Assembly: GCA_903930455.1 (NCBI GenBank)
Contig: CAIYYT010000054.1
Location: 1 to 63,213, forward strand
DNA length: 63,213 nt
DNA from: an uncultured bacterium
GTDB lineage: Bacteria > Zixibacteria > MSB-5A5 > CAIYYT01
Direction: 5' to 3'
Part shown: piece after piece, positions 1-8,839 of the stretch
Position numbering within the stretch: position 1 is the stretch's first letter
Layout: each line of letters opens with the position of its first letter
Notes under the pieces: generated by a model
Databases searched by the model: none
What the model was told of the DNA's origin: nothing
What the model saw: only the letters and a program-made list of their open reading frames with translations
Position numbers and translations under genes: made by a program

Positions 1-339
1 GGTCGCCGTGCAGGTGAAAGTGGTCGCGGCCGCCGCAATCAAGTAGCTGTAGCGAGCGGTCGAGCCGACTTCGACGCCCAGCGGCGCAAATTCGGTGAGC
101 CCATTAGCGTTAGTAGCCGCTACAGCATGAATCCAGTAGGTATCATTCGCCTGCTTGTAGGTCTGCTGCATCGTGTAGATCTGCTTCAGTATCTGCTTGG
201 CTTCCGACTGTTTTGCCTTGGTTGTGGCTCTCATGAACCGCGGAATGGCCAATGCAGCCAAGATACCGATGATGACCACCACGATCATCAACTCGATCAG
301 GGTGAAGCCCTTTTGGCTCTTGTGAAAATTGGACAACAT
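1..339 (-). CDS. Type IV pilin-like protein (prepilin N-terminal methylation domain); C-terminus runs off the window
   Basis: Not in the ORF track because there is no stop in the window. The reverse strand from the ATG at 339-337 reads MLSNFHKSQKGFTLIELMIVVVIIGILAALAIPRF..., i.e. a class III signal peptide G/FTLIELM motif plus a hydrophobic helix. GGAGG lies 6 nt upstream. Confidence 0.8.
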   Translation of the reverse strand, partial: MLSNFHKSQKGFTLIELMIVVVIIGILAALAIPRFMRATTKAKQSEAKQILKQIYTMQQTYKQANDTYWIHAVAATNANGLTEFAPLGVEVGSTARYSYLIAAAATTFTCTAT

Positions 340-421
340 GTTGTGCCTCCTCTAGGCTAAAGGTTAACGTTACTGTTTCTTTCCAACTTCAATTTCTGTC
401 CTCTACCTATCCTCATGCGGT

Positions 422-856
422 TTAGCTCGCCGCATCGTCCTTGCCCGCCGTCACACGAAGCTGTCCCAGTTCGTTGATCGTCCACTCGTCGATTGTCGCA
501 TCCTCATCCAAATTGGCGGTTGCTGTGGCGGTAAAGGTCGACGGCGTGCCGACGAGTACATAATCGTATCGTGCCGGGTTTTGCACCTCGACCAGGATTT
601 CGGCGAACGCAAAAGGATTGCCTTGATTGGCGATCACGCCACCCGGCGGGATCCAGAATTCACCAAACTGTTCGTAGTAGATGCGTTCGTTGCTGTAGAT
701 TTGCTTCAAAATTAGTTTGGCTTCTGATTGTTTGGCCTTCGACGTGACCGTTATGAACCGTGGAATCGCCATGGCTGCGAGGATGCCGATGATGACCACA
801 ACGATCATCAACTCGAGTAGCGTGAAACCTTTCTGATTGAGTCTTAAGTAACGCAT
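422..856 (-). CDS. Type IV pilin-like protein
   Basis: Internal ATG at 856 gives MRYLRLNQKGFTLLELMIVVVIIGILAAMAIPRF (prepilin cleavage/methylation motif). GAGGAG SD upstream. The longer ORF start at 928 would bury the signal peptide. Confidence 0.85.
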   Translation of the reverse strand: MRYLRLNQKGFTLLELMIVVVIIGILAAMAIPRFITVTSKAKQSEAKLILKQIYSNERIYYEQFGEFWIPPGGVIANQGNPFAFAEILVEVQNPARYDYVLVGTPSTFTATATANLDEDATIDEWTINELGQLRVTAGKDDAAS

Positions 857-888
857 CGTTCTCCTCGTAACAGTCTGCTCACATCCAC

Positions 889-903
889 GCAATTGTGATG
901 CCC
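889..903 (-). promoter_or_regulatory. Candidate sigma-54 (-24/-12) promoter for the pilin gene
   Basis: The reverse strand reads gGGCATcacaaTTGCg. The GG and GC elements have the exact consensus spacing (TGGCAC-N5-TTGC). It lies about 33 nt upstream of the ATG at 856, and a sigma-54 activator gene is adjacent. Confidence 0.45.
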
Positions 904-1025
904 AAACAGGGGTGCGTTTTAACTGCATGGCAGACCAGTGATTGACTTGAGTTGCGGATAGAAACAGTCCTTGAGAGAGGAACTGGAGATAGGAATCTGC
1001 AACACATCCATTGCACTTTGCAATG

Positions 1026-2459
1026 CTACTCCCCTTCCCTCTTCAGGCCGTATTTTTCAATTTTCCGATATAGTGTAGAGGCATCTATTCCCAGGAGTTT
1101 CGCCGCCTTGGCCTTTTGCCAGCCGGTTTGATTGAGCACCCAAAAGATATATGCCTTCTCAATTGACTCCAGCGTCGGGTTAGACGGATTTGGTTGTTCC
1201 GGCACCAATTCCTCCGAAACTTCCTCCTTGGCGAACTTGTCCGGAAAATCCTCGGGCTTGATCATCTCGGTCTTCGACAGCAAGAAAGCGCGTGTGATTG
1301 TATTCTCCAACTCGCGTATGTTACCGGGCCATGCAGCCGCTATGATCAAGCGTTCCGCCTCTGGCGAGAGCTTCTTTGCGACGGTGTTATGTTTGGCCGC
1401 CAGCCTGTTTAGGAAATATTCGGCCAATAGCGGAATATCCTCGCGTCGCTGCGACAGGGACGGCAGATGAATCGGTAACACCTTCAACCGATAAAACAGA
1501 TCAGCCCGGAAGCGATTGGCCTTGACGTCTTCCTCAAGATCGGAATTGGTCGCGGCAATCAAACGTACATCAACCTTAAGCGGGATCGTGGAGCCTACCG
1601 GCGTAAACTCTTGTGTCTCCAAGACGCGCAAGAGCTTCACCTGCAGACCCGTTGTCAGGTTGCCAATCTCATCGAGGAACAACACGCCACCATCCGCTAC
1701 GTGGAACAGTCCTTCTTTGTCTTTGATCGCGCCGGTAAACGACCCCTTCTGGTGTCCGAATAGCTCTGATTCCAGAAGCTGCTCTGGAATGGCGGCACAG
1801 TTGATTGCGACAAAGGGCATGTCTTGACGTCGCGAATGCGCATGAATGGCGCGTGCGATCAAGTCCTTGCCGGTACCGCTCTCACCAAGGATCAGGGCGA
1901 TTGAATCGGATTCGGCGATTTGTAACACCAGTTCCTTTAGCTTGACAATAATTTCGGATTTGCCGATGAATCGATCGAGGGTAAAGCGATCGGCGCGTTT
2001 CCCCTTGACCGCCTTGCCGACTGTCGGCGCACTGCCGTACTGCAGCAGTGTCTTGATAACCTGTTTGATTTCGTCGATCTTGAAAGGTTTGGTGATGTAA
2101 TCGTCAGCGCCCTTCTTGAGTGCCTCCACCGCGGAATCGACTGACGCATACGCAGTCATCACAATGAAACGGAGGTCATCGCGCTTCTTCTTGGACTCCG
2201 TCAGTAGCTCGATGCCGGACATTTCGGGCATCATGATGTCGGAGATGACCAAGTCCGGGTGTTCCGTGTCTATCCGCTCCATGGCTTCCTGCCCGGACCG
2301 TGCGGTCGTAACGGCATAACCCTCTTTTTTGAGCATGATTTCCATGAAATTGCACATCGACTCTTCGTCGTCGACTACCAGAATGCGGGGGAGCTTGTTC
2401 ACAATTAAAGCATCGGCAAGCTTTGTCCCCGCCTGAAGGCGAGTAGTTTCGGTTGACAA
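1026..2459 (-). CDS. Sigma-54-dependent response regulator (NtrC/PilR family)
   Basis: REC domain (ILVVDDEE...DLVISDIMMPEMSG), AAA+ sigma-54 interaction domain (GESGTGKDLIARAIH, GSFTGA, ESELFGH) and a C-terminal Fis-type HTH (AAKLLGIDASTLYRKI). Confidence 0.9.
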   Translation of the reverse strand: MSTETTRLQAGTKLADALIVNKLPRILVVDDEESMCNFMEIMLKKEGYAVTTARSGQEAMERIDTEHPDLVISDIMMPEMSGIELLTESKKKRDDLRFIVMTAYASVDSAVEALKKGADDYITKPFKIDEIKQVIKTLLQYGSAPTVGKAVKGKRADRFTLDRFIGKSEIIVKLKELVLQIAESDSIALILGESGTGKDLIARAIHAHSRRQDMPFVAINCAAIPEQLLESELFGHQKGSFTGAIKDKEGLFHVADGGVLFLDEIGNLTTGLQVKLLRVLETQEFTPVGSTIPLKVDVRLIAATNSDLEEDVKANRFRADLFYRLKVLPIHLPSLSQRREDIPLLAEYFLNRLAAKHNTVAKKLSPEAERLIIAAAWPGNIRELENTITRAFLLSKTEMIKPEDFPDKFAKEEVSEELVPEQPNPSNPTLESIEKAYIFWVLNQTGWQKAKAAKLLGIDASTLYRKIEKYGLKREGE

Positions 2460-2547
2460 CCGCGATTTCGCACCTAATTTGTCGGTTGTGGAACAATCGC
2501 TATGTCGCAGCCGTTACGAGAGTTACCGTCGATGATTTTGAGTCTGC

Positions 2548-3018
2548 GTGGAGGTCATGCCTACTCAGTTTTCGCATTCGGAAGTGCTTGATCGGCTGCG
2601 AGAAATCGCTTGTCAGGCCGACGCCAAAAATAAGCTGCCATTCGAGACGGTGCAGCTTCTGAAAGACAATTGCACTCACTATGATTGGGTCGGCATCTAC
2701 AGCCTCGAATCCGACGAAGAGTTGGTGCTGGGACCGTTTTTGGGCAAACCGTCGCCACACACACGGATAAAAGCCGGCGACGGTATTTGCGGCGCGGCAG
2801 TACGCGAGGAAAACACGATTATTGTTGATGACGTCAACAGCGATCCCCGCTATCTGGCCTGTTCACTCGAAACCAGGTCGGAGATTGTCGTTCCGATTTT
2901 CAAGGATGGCAAGGTCGTCGGCGAGCTTGATATCGATTCACACACTCCGGCAGCGTTTACCGATCAGGACAGACACTTTCTCGAAGAGGTTTGCCGGATA
3001 TTGGCAGTAGCATATTGA
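2548..3018 (+). CDS. GAF domain protein (free Met-R-sulfoxide reductase-like)
   Basis: Single GAF domain of about 150 aa: DWVGIY...GICGAA...IVDDV...YLACS..SEIVVPI...G.LDIDS. Confidence 0.8.
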   Translation: MEVMPTQFSHSEVLDRLREIACQADAKNKLPFETVQLLKDNCTHYDWVGIYSLESDEELVLGPFLGKPSPHTRIKAGDGICGAAVREENTIIVDDVNSDPRYLACSLETRSEIVVPIFKDGKVVGELDIDSHTPAAFTDQDRHFLEEVCRILAVAY

Positions 3019-3136
3019 ACCTGCGTTAGTAGAATCGTTGAACCCCTGGAAACAGCATCTCTATCCGAGCGATGTCCATCAGGGGTTTCTACCTGCGTAG
3101 CTACATTTCTACCCGACCAAAAGGAGGTGGATTTAC

Positions 3137-3613
3137 ATGGATATCCGAGAAGAAGTCCCGATCAAGTCATTTTCGATAGCCGCCTATGTCTGTCGGGTGG
3201 ATTCCAGCCACGGACGATACCTAATGGTCAAGCGTAGCACACCCTATCTCAATGACACATGGCAAATGGTATCAGGCAAGATCGAGAAAGGTGAGAAGGC
3301 TTGGCAGGCGGCACTTCGCGAGATCAAGGAGGAGACCGGGCTGGTTCCTGACCGTCTGTACTCCGCCAATGAGGTTGAGTTGTTCTATGAGGCAAGCCAG
3401 AATTGCATCAACATAGTGCCAGTATTCGTCGGATTCATTGACTCCCCTCAGACGGTCGAACTCTCATCGGAACACAGCGAATACAAATGGGCCACACGTG
3501 AAGAGGCGGAAACGCTTCTGACTTTTACTCGCCAGAAGAAGACCATCGCGATAATCGAAGCGACGTTTGTGCATCAGAAGCCGCTGGAGTTCCTGAAGAT
3601 CACGACAAGATGA
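3137..3613 (+). CDS. NUDIX hydrolase
   Basis: Nudix box GKIEKGEKAWQAALREIKEETGL (GX5EX7REUXEEXGU). Confidence 0.85.
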   Translation: MDIREEVPIKSFSIAAYVCRVDSSHGRYLMVKRSTPYLNDTWQMVSGKIEKGEKAWQAALREIKEETGLVPDRLYSANEVELFYEASQNCINIVPVFVGFIDSPQTVELSSEHSEYKWATREEAETLLTFTRQKKTIAIIEATFVHQKPLEFLKITTR

Positions 3614-3876
3614 CGCTGCAAGCTTGGGAGATGAGTAGGTTGCCCCCCCATGGTTTGGCGTTTTGATTTCGCGTATCCCTCTGCCAGGATTTCGACGTTT
3701 TCGCTGATCTCGCTTTTCAAAGCAGAATCGTTGAAACCACGAGGATTTCGGCCTACTCGACTCATCCCCATCAGTTAACCCGACGCTTCGCTCTGGGGGC
3801 TGCCGGCTGAAATCGGTCGTGAGCATGGGGCTCTAGACCTACTACTGCGTCCCCCAAAGCGATGCCCCAAATTCGC

Positions 3877-3904
3877 TTGACTCTAGGCGGCAAATGGCTA
3901 CTAT
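3877..3904 (+). promoter_or_regulatory. Candidate sigma-70 promoter (TTGACT-16-TACTAT)
   Basis: TTGACT at 3877-3882, a 16-nt spacer, TACTAT at 3899-3904; about 35 nt upstream of the ATG at 3939. Confidence 0.3.
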
Positions 3905-3938
3905 GTTGCCTGATCTCTGGTGAATGAGGAGGAGTTTG

Positions 3939-5087
3939 ATGGCAGAGAGTTACGACATTGTAATCATAGGCGGCGGGATTATCGGGGCGGCAGTGGCATA
4001 TCATTTGGCCAAGAAGAATTATGGCAAAATTGCGGTGGTCGAGAAAGACCAGTATTTGGGTAACTGCTCCACAGCCAAATGCGCCGGTGGAATACGCGCA
4101 CAATTCAGTTCCGAAATCAACGTGCGGATGTCGCTGTTGTCCGAGGACAAGTTTGAGACCTTCGCGCAGGACATGGATGCCGAAGTGCAGTTCGATCAGG
4201 TCGGTTATCTGTTTGTGCTGACCAGTGACGAACACGTGAAGACTTTCCGCGCACAATTCGAGATGTGGAAACGGTTGGGCGTGCCGTCAGAGTGGTTGTC
4301 ACGGGATGAGATCAAGAGCTTAGTGCCGGTGCTCAATGTGGATGACATTCTGGCGGGCACATTTTCCAAGAAAGACGGCATCGGCGACCCCCATCAGTTT
4401 ACACAGGGCTATGTCAGCGCAGCGCGAAAGTTGGGTGTCAAATTCTTGCTGGAGACGGAAGCAATCGGCATTACCGCTAGCGGCGACAAGATCACCTCTG
4501 TCAGGACCAACAAGGGAGAGTTGCTTACCAACACCGTGGTCAACGCCGCCGGTGCGTATGCGCGTCAGATCGCCGGATTTGTCGGCATCGATCTGCCGGT
4601 CGCGCCGATCAAGCGCCAGATTGTGACGACAGCGCCCCTAGATTTTATCTCTGAGTCATTCCCGATGGTCGTCGATATGGGTTCAGGATTGTATACTCAC
4701 AAGGAGTCGGGAGGACTGTTACTCGGCTGGGCGGACAAAAATACGCCGGAAGGTTTTGATGAATCGGTTGATCCGGAATACACCGACACAATTCTGATGA
4801 AGGGACTCGACCGTATCCCACAACTTGAGACCGCCGAAATCAAAACGGCCTGGGGAGGATTGTATGAATCTACGCCTGATCATCATGCGGTTATTGGTTC
4901 AAGCGGCGTGTACCCCCGTTTCTTCCATTGCGCCGGATTTTCAGGGCATGGCTTTATGCATGCGCCAGCCGCCGGAATTGTGACCGCCGAGTTGATTTGC
5001 GACGAAAAAACATCATTTGATATCTCCCCGCTGTCGCCGCACCGATTTGTTGGAGCGGTACTTGGCGAGGAGGGTACCGTAATCTAG
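3939..5087 (+). CDS. FAD-dependent oxidoreductase (DAO / sarcosine-oxidase-beta-like family)
   Basis: N-terminal dinucleotide fold YDIVIIGGGIIGAAVAYHLAKK. The ATG at 3939 is preceded by GGAGGAG; the track start at 3924 contains that SD. Confidence 0.85.
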   Translation: MAESYDIVIIGGGIIGAAVAYHLAKKNYGKIAVVEKDQYLGNCSTAKCAGGIRAQFSSEINVRMSLLSEDKFETFAQDMDAEVQFDQVGYLFVLTSDEHVKTFRAQFEMWKRLGVPSEWLSRDEIKSLVPVLNVDDILAGTFSKKDGIGDPHQFTQGYVSAARKLGVKFLLETEAIGITASGDKITSVRTNKGELLTNTVVNAAGAYARQIAGFVGIDLPVAPIKRQIVTTAPLDFISESFPMVVDMGSGLYTHKESGGLLLGWADKNTPEGFDESVDPEYTDTILMKGLDRIPQLETAEIKTAWGGLYESTPDHHAVIGSSGVYPRFFHCAGFSGHGFMHAPAAGIVTAELICDEKTSFDISPLSPHRFVGAVLGEEGTVI

Positions 5088-5095
5088 GTGGCACT

Positions 5096-5905
5096 ATGCA
5101 ATATGACATTCTGAGAAGATCCATAGTGGCAAAAGCTCTCCCTATTCTTCTGCTGGCTATCTCGGCTAGTTTCTTAGGCTCAGATAAAGCGACGGCGCGT
5201 CAGTACCCTTGGCCTGATTCCGCTGAGGTTACCGTGATGACTCCGGATAGTCTGGAGTTGGTTGGAAATCTATATTGGCCGAAGAGCACGAAACTGACCA
5301 AGCTGCCTTTGGTAGTATTACTTCATCAAACGGCAGAGACGCACGGCGCCTGGAAACATCTCGTGGATGTTCTTTGTGCGTCTGATTTTGCGGTTTTTGC
5401 CATGGACCTGCGTGGCTGCGGCTATTCCATCTACGATTTTCGCACCGGCCAGAACCGGCCGCCGAACACGTTCTACATCGGGGAGCGAGCTCGCTATCCG
5501 GCTGATATTCGGCAGTTGGTCAAGAAGCTGTTCACTGAACGTGGCAAAATGCTCGATTCGACAAGAATCGCCGTTGTCGGCGCAGAACTGGGAGGAAACG
5601 CCGGGCTGCTTTACGCCGTCGATGAGCCCAGTGTGCGGTTCACGGCGCTGATTTCCCCGGGGCTGGAGTACAGCGGCCTGCAAATCGGGAAGGCAATCAA
5701 AGACTATGGCGAGCGGCCGCTGTTCATGGCTACCGCCAAGTTGGACATTTATTCGATGGAATCACTAAACCTCCTGTCGGATGTCGTGCCGCGACTGCTT
5801 GATGCCGTGGTCTTTGACACTTATCGCTATGGCAACGCGCTGGTCGATACCGAACCTCAACTGGTGCGGATGCTGACTGACAGGTTGCGGAAATATCTGA
5901 AATAG
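5096..5905 (+). CDS. Secreted alpha/beta-hydrolase-fold protein with an atypical nucleophile elbow
   Basis: Signal-like N-terminus. LVVLLHQ...FAMDLRGCGYS and IAVVGAELGGNAG (G-x-E-x-G where G-x-S-x-G is expected). Confidence 0.7.
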   Translation: MQYDILRRSIVAKALPILLLAISASFLGSDKATARQYPWPDSAEVTVMTPDSLELVGNLYWPKSTKLTKLPLVVLLHQTAETHGAWKHLVDVLCASDFAVFAMDLRGCGYSIYDFRTGQNRPPNTFYIGERARYPADIRQLVKKLFTERGKMLDSTRIAVVGAELGGNAGLLYAVDEPSVRFTALISPGLEYSGLQIGKAIKDYGERPLFMATAKLDIYSMESLNLLSDVVPRLLDAVVFDTYRYGNALVDTEPQLVRMLTDRLRKYLK

Positions 5906-6051
5906 CTGAATTGCCTCTCAGCAAATCTCTCGCTCGCACGCACGAATGACATGCGAGCAAAAATCCTATTGATCGCTTGGGAACCTTCAGAAGATGGGAA
6001 GAGGCTGTCCCACAAGTTGGGCCGCAGGGGCATCAGAACGAGGACAGGTTA

Positions 6052-6072
6052 TTCCCCCTTATTGAAGGGGAA
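6052..6072. repeat. REP-like short hairpin in an intergenic region
   Basis: TTCCCCCTT-attg-AAGGGGAA imperfect inverted repeat. Surrounded by further G/C-run motifs (6100-6160) in a 300-bp non-coding gap. Confidence 0.4.
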
Positions 6073-6208
6073 TTTAGAGGGTTGTCTTTCTTCTTGGTGG
6101 ATAGGCGCTTACAACCCCCTTGGTCCGCCTTTGCTAAGTGGGAAAATCAACTCACTCCTCGCACATTTCACGAAATCTAACTTATGGGACAACCTCGGAA
6201 GATCTGCC

Positions 6209-6745
6209 CTACAAAGAACGGATGCGACCAAGTCGGCTCGCGAGTACTGTACGGCGACCTCTCGGATGATCGACAACGACGATCAGCGCTATTGTCAGCA
6301 GAGTCGCCAGAAGTGCAAGCATCATGTAGTTAAAAATAGGGCTGCCAGTGATTTGCTCCAGCCAGGGGAATGAACTCTCCAGACTACTGAGACTGTCCCA
6401 ACGGAGTTCAGTCAGCAGCGGGCGCCCGGGTTGTGCGACGTGGCGCCAGAGAGCGAAGATTGAAACTCCGACGATTACGCTCAGAGCAAAAGTACCACAG
6501 AGATACTTGAAGAGAATCGTCGAGACAGTCGGCTCAGGGAAATATGACAAGAGCTTTTCGGTGAAGTCGTCCGGCGCGCTCACCTCTTCAAGCGAGATTG
6601 CGCTTAGTCGGGTTTCCTCAACGAGTTCGGCGGCACAGGAAGCGCAGCAGTCTATGTGTTCCCGGATCAGATTGCTTTGGGCAGGCGTAAGTGATCCATC
6701 AAGAAATATTTTCATTCTCCAACGAACATCCCGACAAGGAATCAT
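6209..6745 (-). CDS. Anti-sigma factor (zf-HC2), membrane-anchored
   Basis: H-x3-C-x2-C motif REHIDCCASCAAEL near the N-terminus, transmembrane segments in the C-terminal half, and a 4-nt overlap with the upstream ECF sigma gene. Confidence 0.8.
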   Translation of the reverse strand: MIPCRDVRWRMKIFLDGSLTPAQSNLIREHIDCCASCAAELVEETRLSAISLEEVSAPDDFTEKLLSYFPEPTVSTILFKYLCGTFALSVIVGVSIFALWRHVAQPGRPLLTELRWDSLSSLESSFPWLEQITGSPIFNYMMLALLATLLTIALIVVVDHPRGRRTVLASRLGRIRSL

Positions 6746-7332
6746 ATCAGTTCCTCTCGGGAGTATTTGCCGGAAATGATTTCGCGCAACGCGCGTTTGC
6801 CCCGGTGAAGATACGTTTTCACTGTGCCGATGGGGATTGTCATCAGTTCAGCAATTTCGACGTAGCCGACACCCTTGAGATAGAACAGCCGCAACGCCAT
6901 CGCATAGTGGGGAGGCAGTTGGCGAAGCGCTTCATCGACGACCTTGCCGCAAAAAAGTCCCTGGTAGACGAAATCTGGCCGCGACGACTGATCGGCGGGA
7001 AGATGTTCCAGCGAATCCAGTGACACCTGTTCAACACGCTTTTTAGATCGCTCGGCCAGCGCGGCGTTGACAGCGATGCGATAGAGCCAGCTCGAAAATT
7101 TGGCGTCACCGCGGAATGTCTTGAGGTTCTTGAAGGCGCGCAGAAAGGCCTCTAGAGCAAGCTCTTCCGCCCGCGATGAATCATCGACGATCCGATCGAT
7201 CAGCGTAAAAACGCGCGCGCGGTATTTGTTGGTTAGCGCCGTCAGAGCCTGTCGTTCTCCCAGACGAGCACGTTCGATTAGTTCCTGATCAAGATCGACA
7301 ATCGCTGTGTTCATTTGGTTATATAGACTCAT
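6742..7332 (-). CDS. ECF-type RNA polymerase sigma-70 family factor
   Basis: Region 2 (FRGDAKFSSWLYRIAVNAA) and region 4 HTH (EIAELMTIPIGTVKTYLHRGKRALRE). Confidence 0.9.
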   Translation of the reverse strand: MSLYNQMNTAIVDLDQELIERARLGERQALTALTNKYRARVFTLIDRIVDDSSRAEELALEAFLRAFKNLKTFRGDAKFSSWLYRIAVNAALAERSKKRVEQVSLDSLEHLPADQSSRPDFVYQGLFCGKVVDEALRQLPPHYAMALRLFYLKGVGYVEIAELMTIPIGTVKTYLHRGKRALREIISGKYSREELI

Positions 7333-7406
7333 TTCCGAAAGAAAAGTTGCGTTTGTGAAACAAAATCCTGTCGTTATCTATCATATTGGGTGGAGGAGAA
7401 ACAGCT

Positions 7407-7814
7407 ATGTGGAGGGTTAATCCGGTTGAGATGTTTGGAGCGCTGGCGGCCATCGTTCTCGGTCTAGGGTTCTTTGCCCTGATTGCATATCTGGTGTACC
7501 TATTCGTCTATAAGCGTATCCAGATGAACCACGATCTGCGGCTGGAGATGATAAAGCAAGGCATGCCCCCGCAGTTGGAGCGCGAGGGGTATGGCAGTCT
7601 AAAAGCGGGAATAGTATCGGCGGCCGTTGGTATCGGCTTTCTGATCGCTTTGGTGATTGGAGCAAATGCCGAGAATGATCAGATCGGCGGCGAGATTGTG
7701 ATTGCGCTAGTGCCGCTGTTTATTGGGGTAGGATTAGTGGCGTTTCATCTGTTGACTCGCAGACAAATGCGACGGGAAAAGACGGGTTACTTGTCTGACT
7801 CCTCTGAGTCATGA
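7407..7814 (+). CDS. Small integral membrane protein (3 predicted TM helices)
   Basis: The ATG at 7407 is preceded by GGAGGA with a 7-nt spacer. Hydrophobic segments ALAAIVLGLGFFALIAYLVYLFV, IVSAAVGIGFLIALVIG and IVIALVPLFIGVGLVAF. No recognisable family. Confidence 0.6.
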   Translation: MWRVNPVEMFGALAAIVLGLGFFALIAYLVYLFVYKRIQMNHDLRLEMIKQGMPPQLEREGYGSLKAGIVSAAVGIGFLIALVIGANAENDQIGGEIVIALVPLFIGVGLVAFHLLTRRQMRREKTGYLSDSSES

Positions 7815-8593
7815 AGATCGATCATCTTGGTGTCGTCGAGATAAGTTGTCGACTTGGCGTCTTTGATTTTGAGGAGCTTACTGACGGCGTCTCGGATACG
7901 CAGGCTGCTTTGCTCAATCATCAACAGGCGGGCGCGTACATCCTCCGGCAATTCTGATCCCCTCATCAGGAGAAGCTGCACATTACCGAGAACCGCGGTT
8001 AGCGGGTTGTTAATCTCGTGGTTCAGAGTAATGGTGGTTTCCTTGACCGCCTCGACGCGTGCCAGGTCGATCAATCCGGCCTGCCCGAAGAGATATTTCA
8101 GAGCCGTGGCGACGACTTCAATAAACTCCTCTTCCAGCGCAATGTTGCGACTTCCCTTGCAGATGCCGGACACGGCGCCGAGACTCTCGCTGCCGGCTCT
8201 GATCATGTAAGAGAACAGCGATTTCTCGCCGTCGTGATTTAGCGTCGAATAGATATTCTCGAGACCGAAGTCGGCACGCAAGGAAACGAGCATGCGTTCT
8301 TCCAGAGAGCCAAGCAGAGTCAAGAGCACCGGCTCCCCCTCGCGCACGTCAAGGAGACGCTTGCCACCTTTGTTTACAATTACGATTGAAGCGGCGGCAA
8401 TGCCGAGGGCTTCCACTGCCGCGGTCAGGGCTTCACGAAGGACCTGATGGGCTGCTTTGGGGTCTTGCGGAGCGCTCAATATCTTCCGCAAAGACTGGTA
8501 CCTGAGATTGTCTCGATTCTCGCTCATACTCGCAGGAGTGGAAAACGCAAACTCTGTGCCGCAGTTACTTATTGGTATCAAGGGATTTGCCAA
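7787..8593 (-). CDS. GAF-like + HisKA (DHp) protein lacking an HATPase domain
   Basis: H-box TLNHEINNPLTAVLGNVQLL followed by only about 75 aa, with no N/G1/F/G2 boxes. The N-terminal 190 aa look GAF-like. The track start is a TTG; the ATG at 8527 (MSENRD...) is an alternative. Confidence 0.7.
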   Translation of the reverse strand: MANPLIPISNCGTEFAFSTPASMSENRDNLRYQSLRKILSAPQDPKAAHQVLREALTAAVEALGIAAASIVIVNKGGKRLLDVREGEPVLLTLLGSLEERMLVSLRADFGLENIYSTLNHDGEKSLFSYMIRAGSESLGAVSGICKGSRNIALEEEFIEVVATALKYLFGQAGLIDLARVEAVKETTITLNHEINNPLTAVLGNVQLLLMRGSELPEDVRARLLMIEQSSLRIRDAVSKLLKIKDAKSTTYLDDTKMIDLHDSEESDK

Positions 8594-8789
8594 CAGCCCA
8601 AGAAGTAGATCGCCGGAGGTATCCCTTTCATTATCAACAGAATAGGAAGATCACGATTCTGCCAACCAAAAGCAATATAACGTCAAAGCTGCCGGAATCC
8701 AAAAAAGATATGCAGATAGCTTCACCTTTAGTGCAGCATAGGCCATTTACCACTTACGTATTGTTTATGCAGAACAAGGAGTTAAAACC

Positions 8790-8817
8790 TTGACTTGCGG
8801 CCGGAAGAGCCTAAATT
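8790..8817 (+). promoter_or_regulatory. Candidate sigma-70 promoter for purF (TTGACT-16-TAAATT)
   Basis: TTGACT at 8790-8795, a 16-nt spacer, TAAATT at 8812-8817; 23 nt upstream of the ATG at 8840. Confidence 0.35.
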
Positions 8818-8839
8818 GGTTGTTTTTCTTGGAGTGGAA

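Noticed and set aside
3614-3923. Riboswitch (e.g. glycine) or structured RNA upstream of the FAD oxidoreductase
   Set aside because: A long-range complement exists (GGGAGATGAGTAGG at about 3628 with CCTACTCGACTCATCCCC at about 3750). However, none of the conserved glycine-riboswitch core motifs are visible by eye, so the evidence is insufficient.
5951-6373. 140-aa + strand ORF in the gap after the hydrolase gene
   Set aside because: Its first half is a translation of REP-like G/C-run hairpins and its second half is antisense to the anti-sigma gene. No SD.
8795-8839. TTG start extending purF by 15 codons
   Set aside because: The extension overlaps the TTGACT-16-TAAATT promoter candidate, and PurF propeptides are short. 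The ATG at 8840 is preferred.
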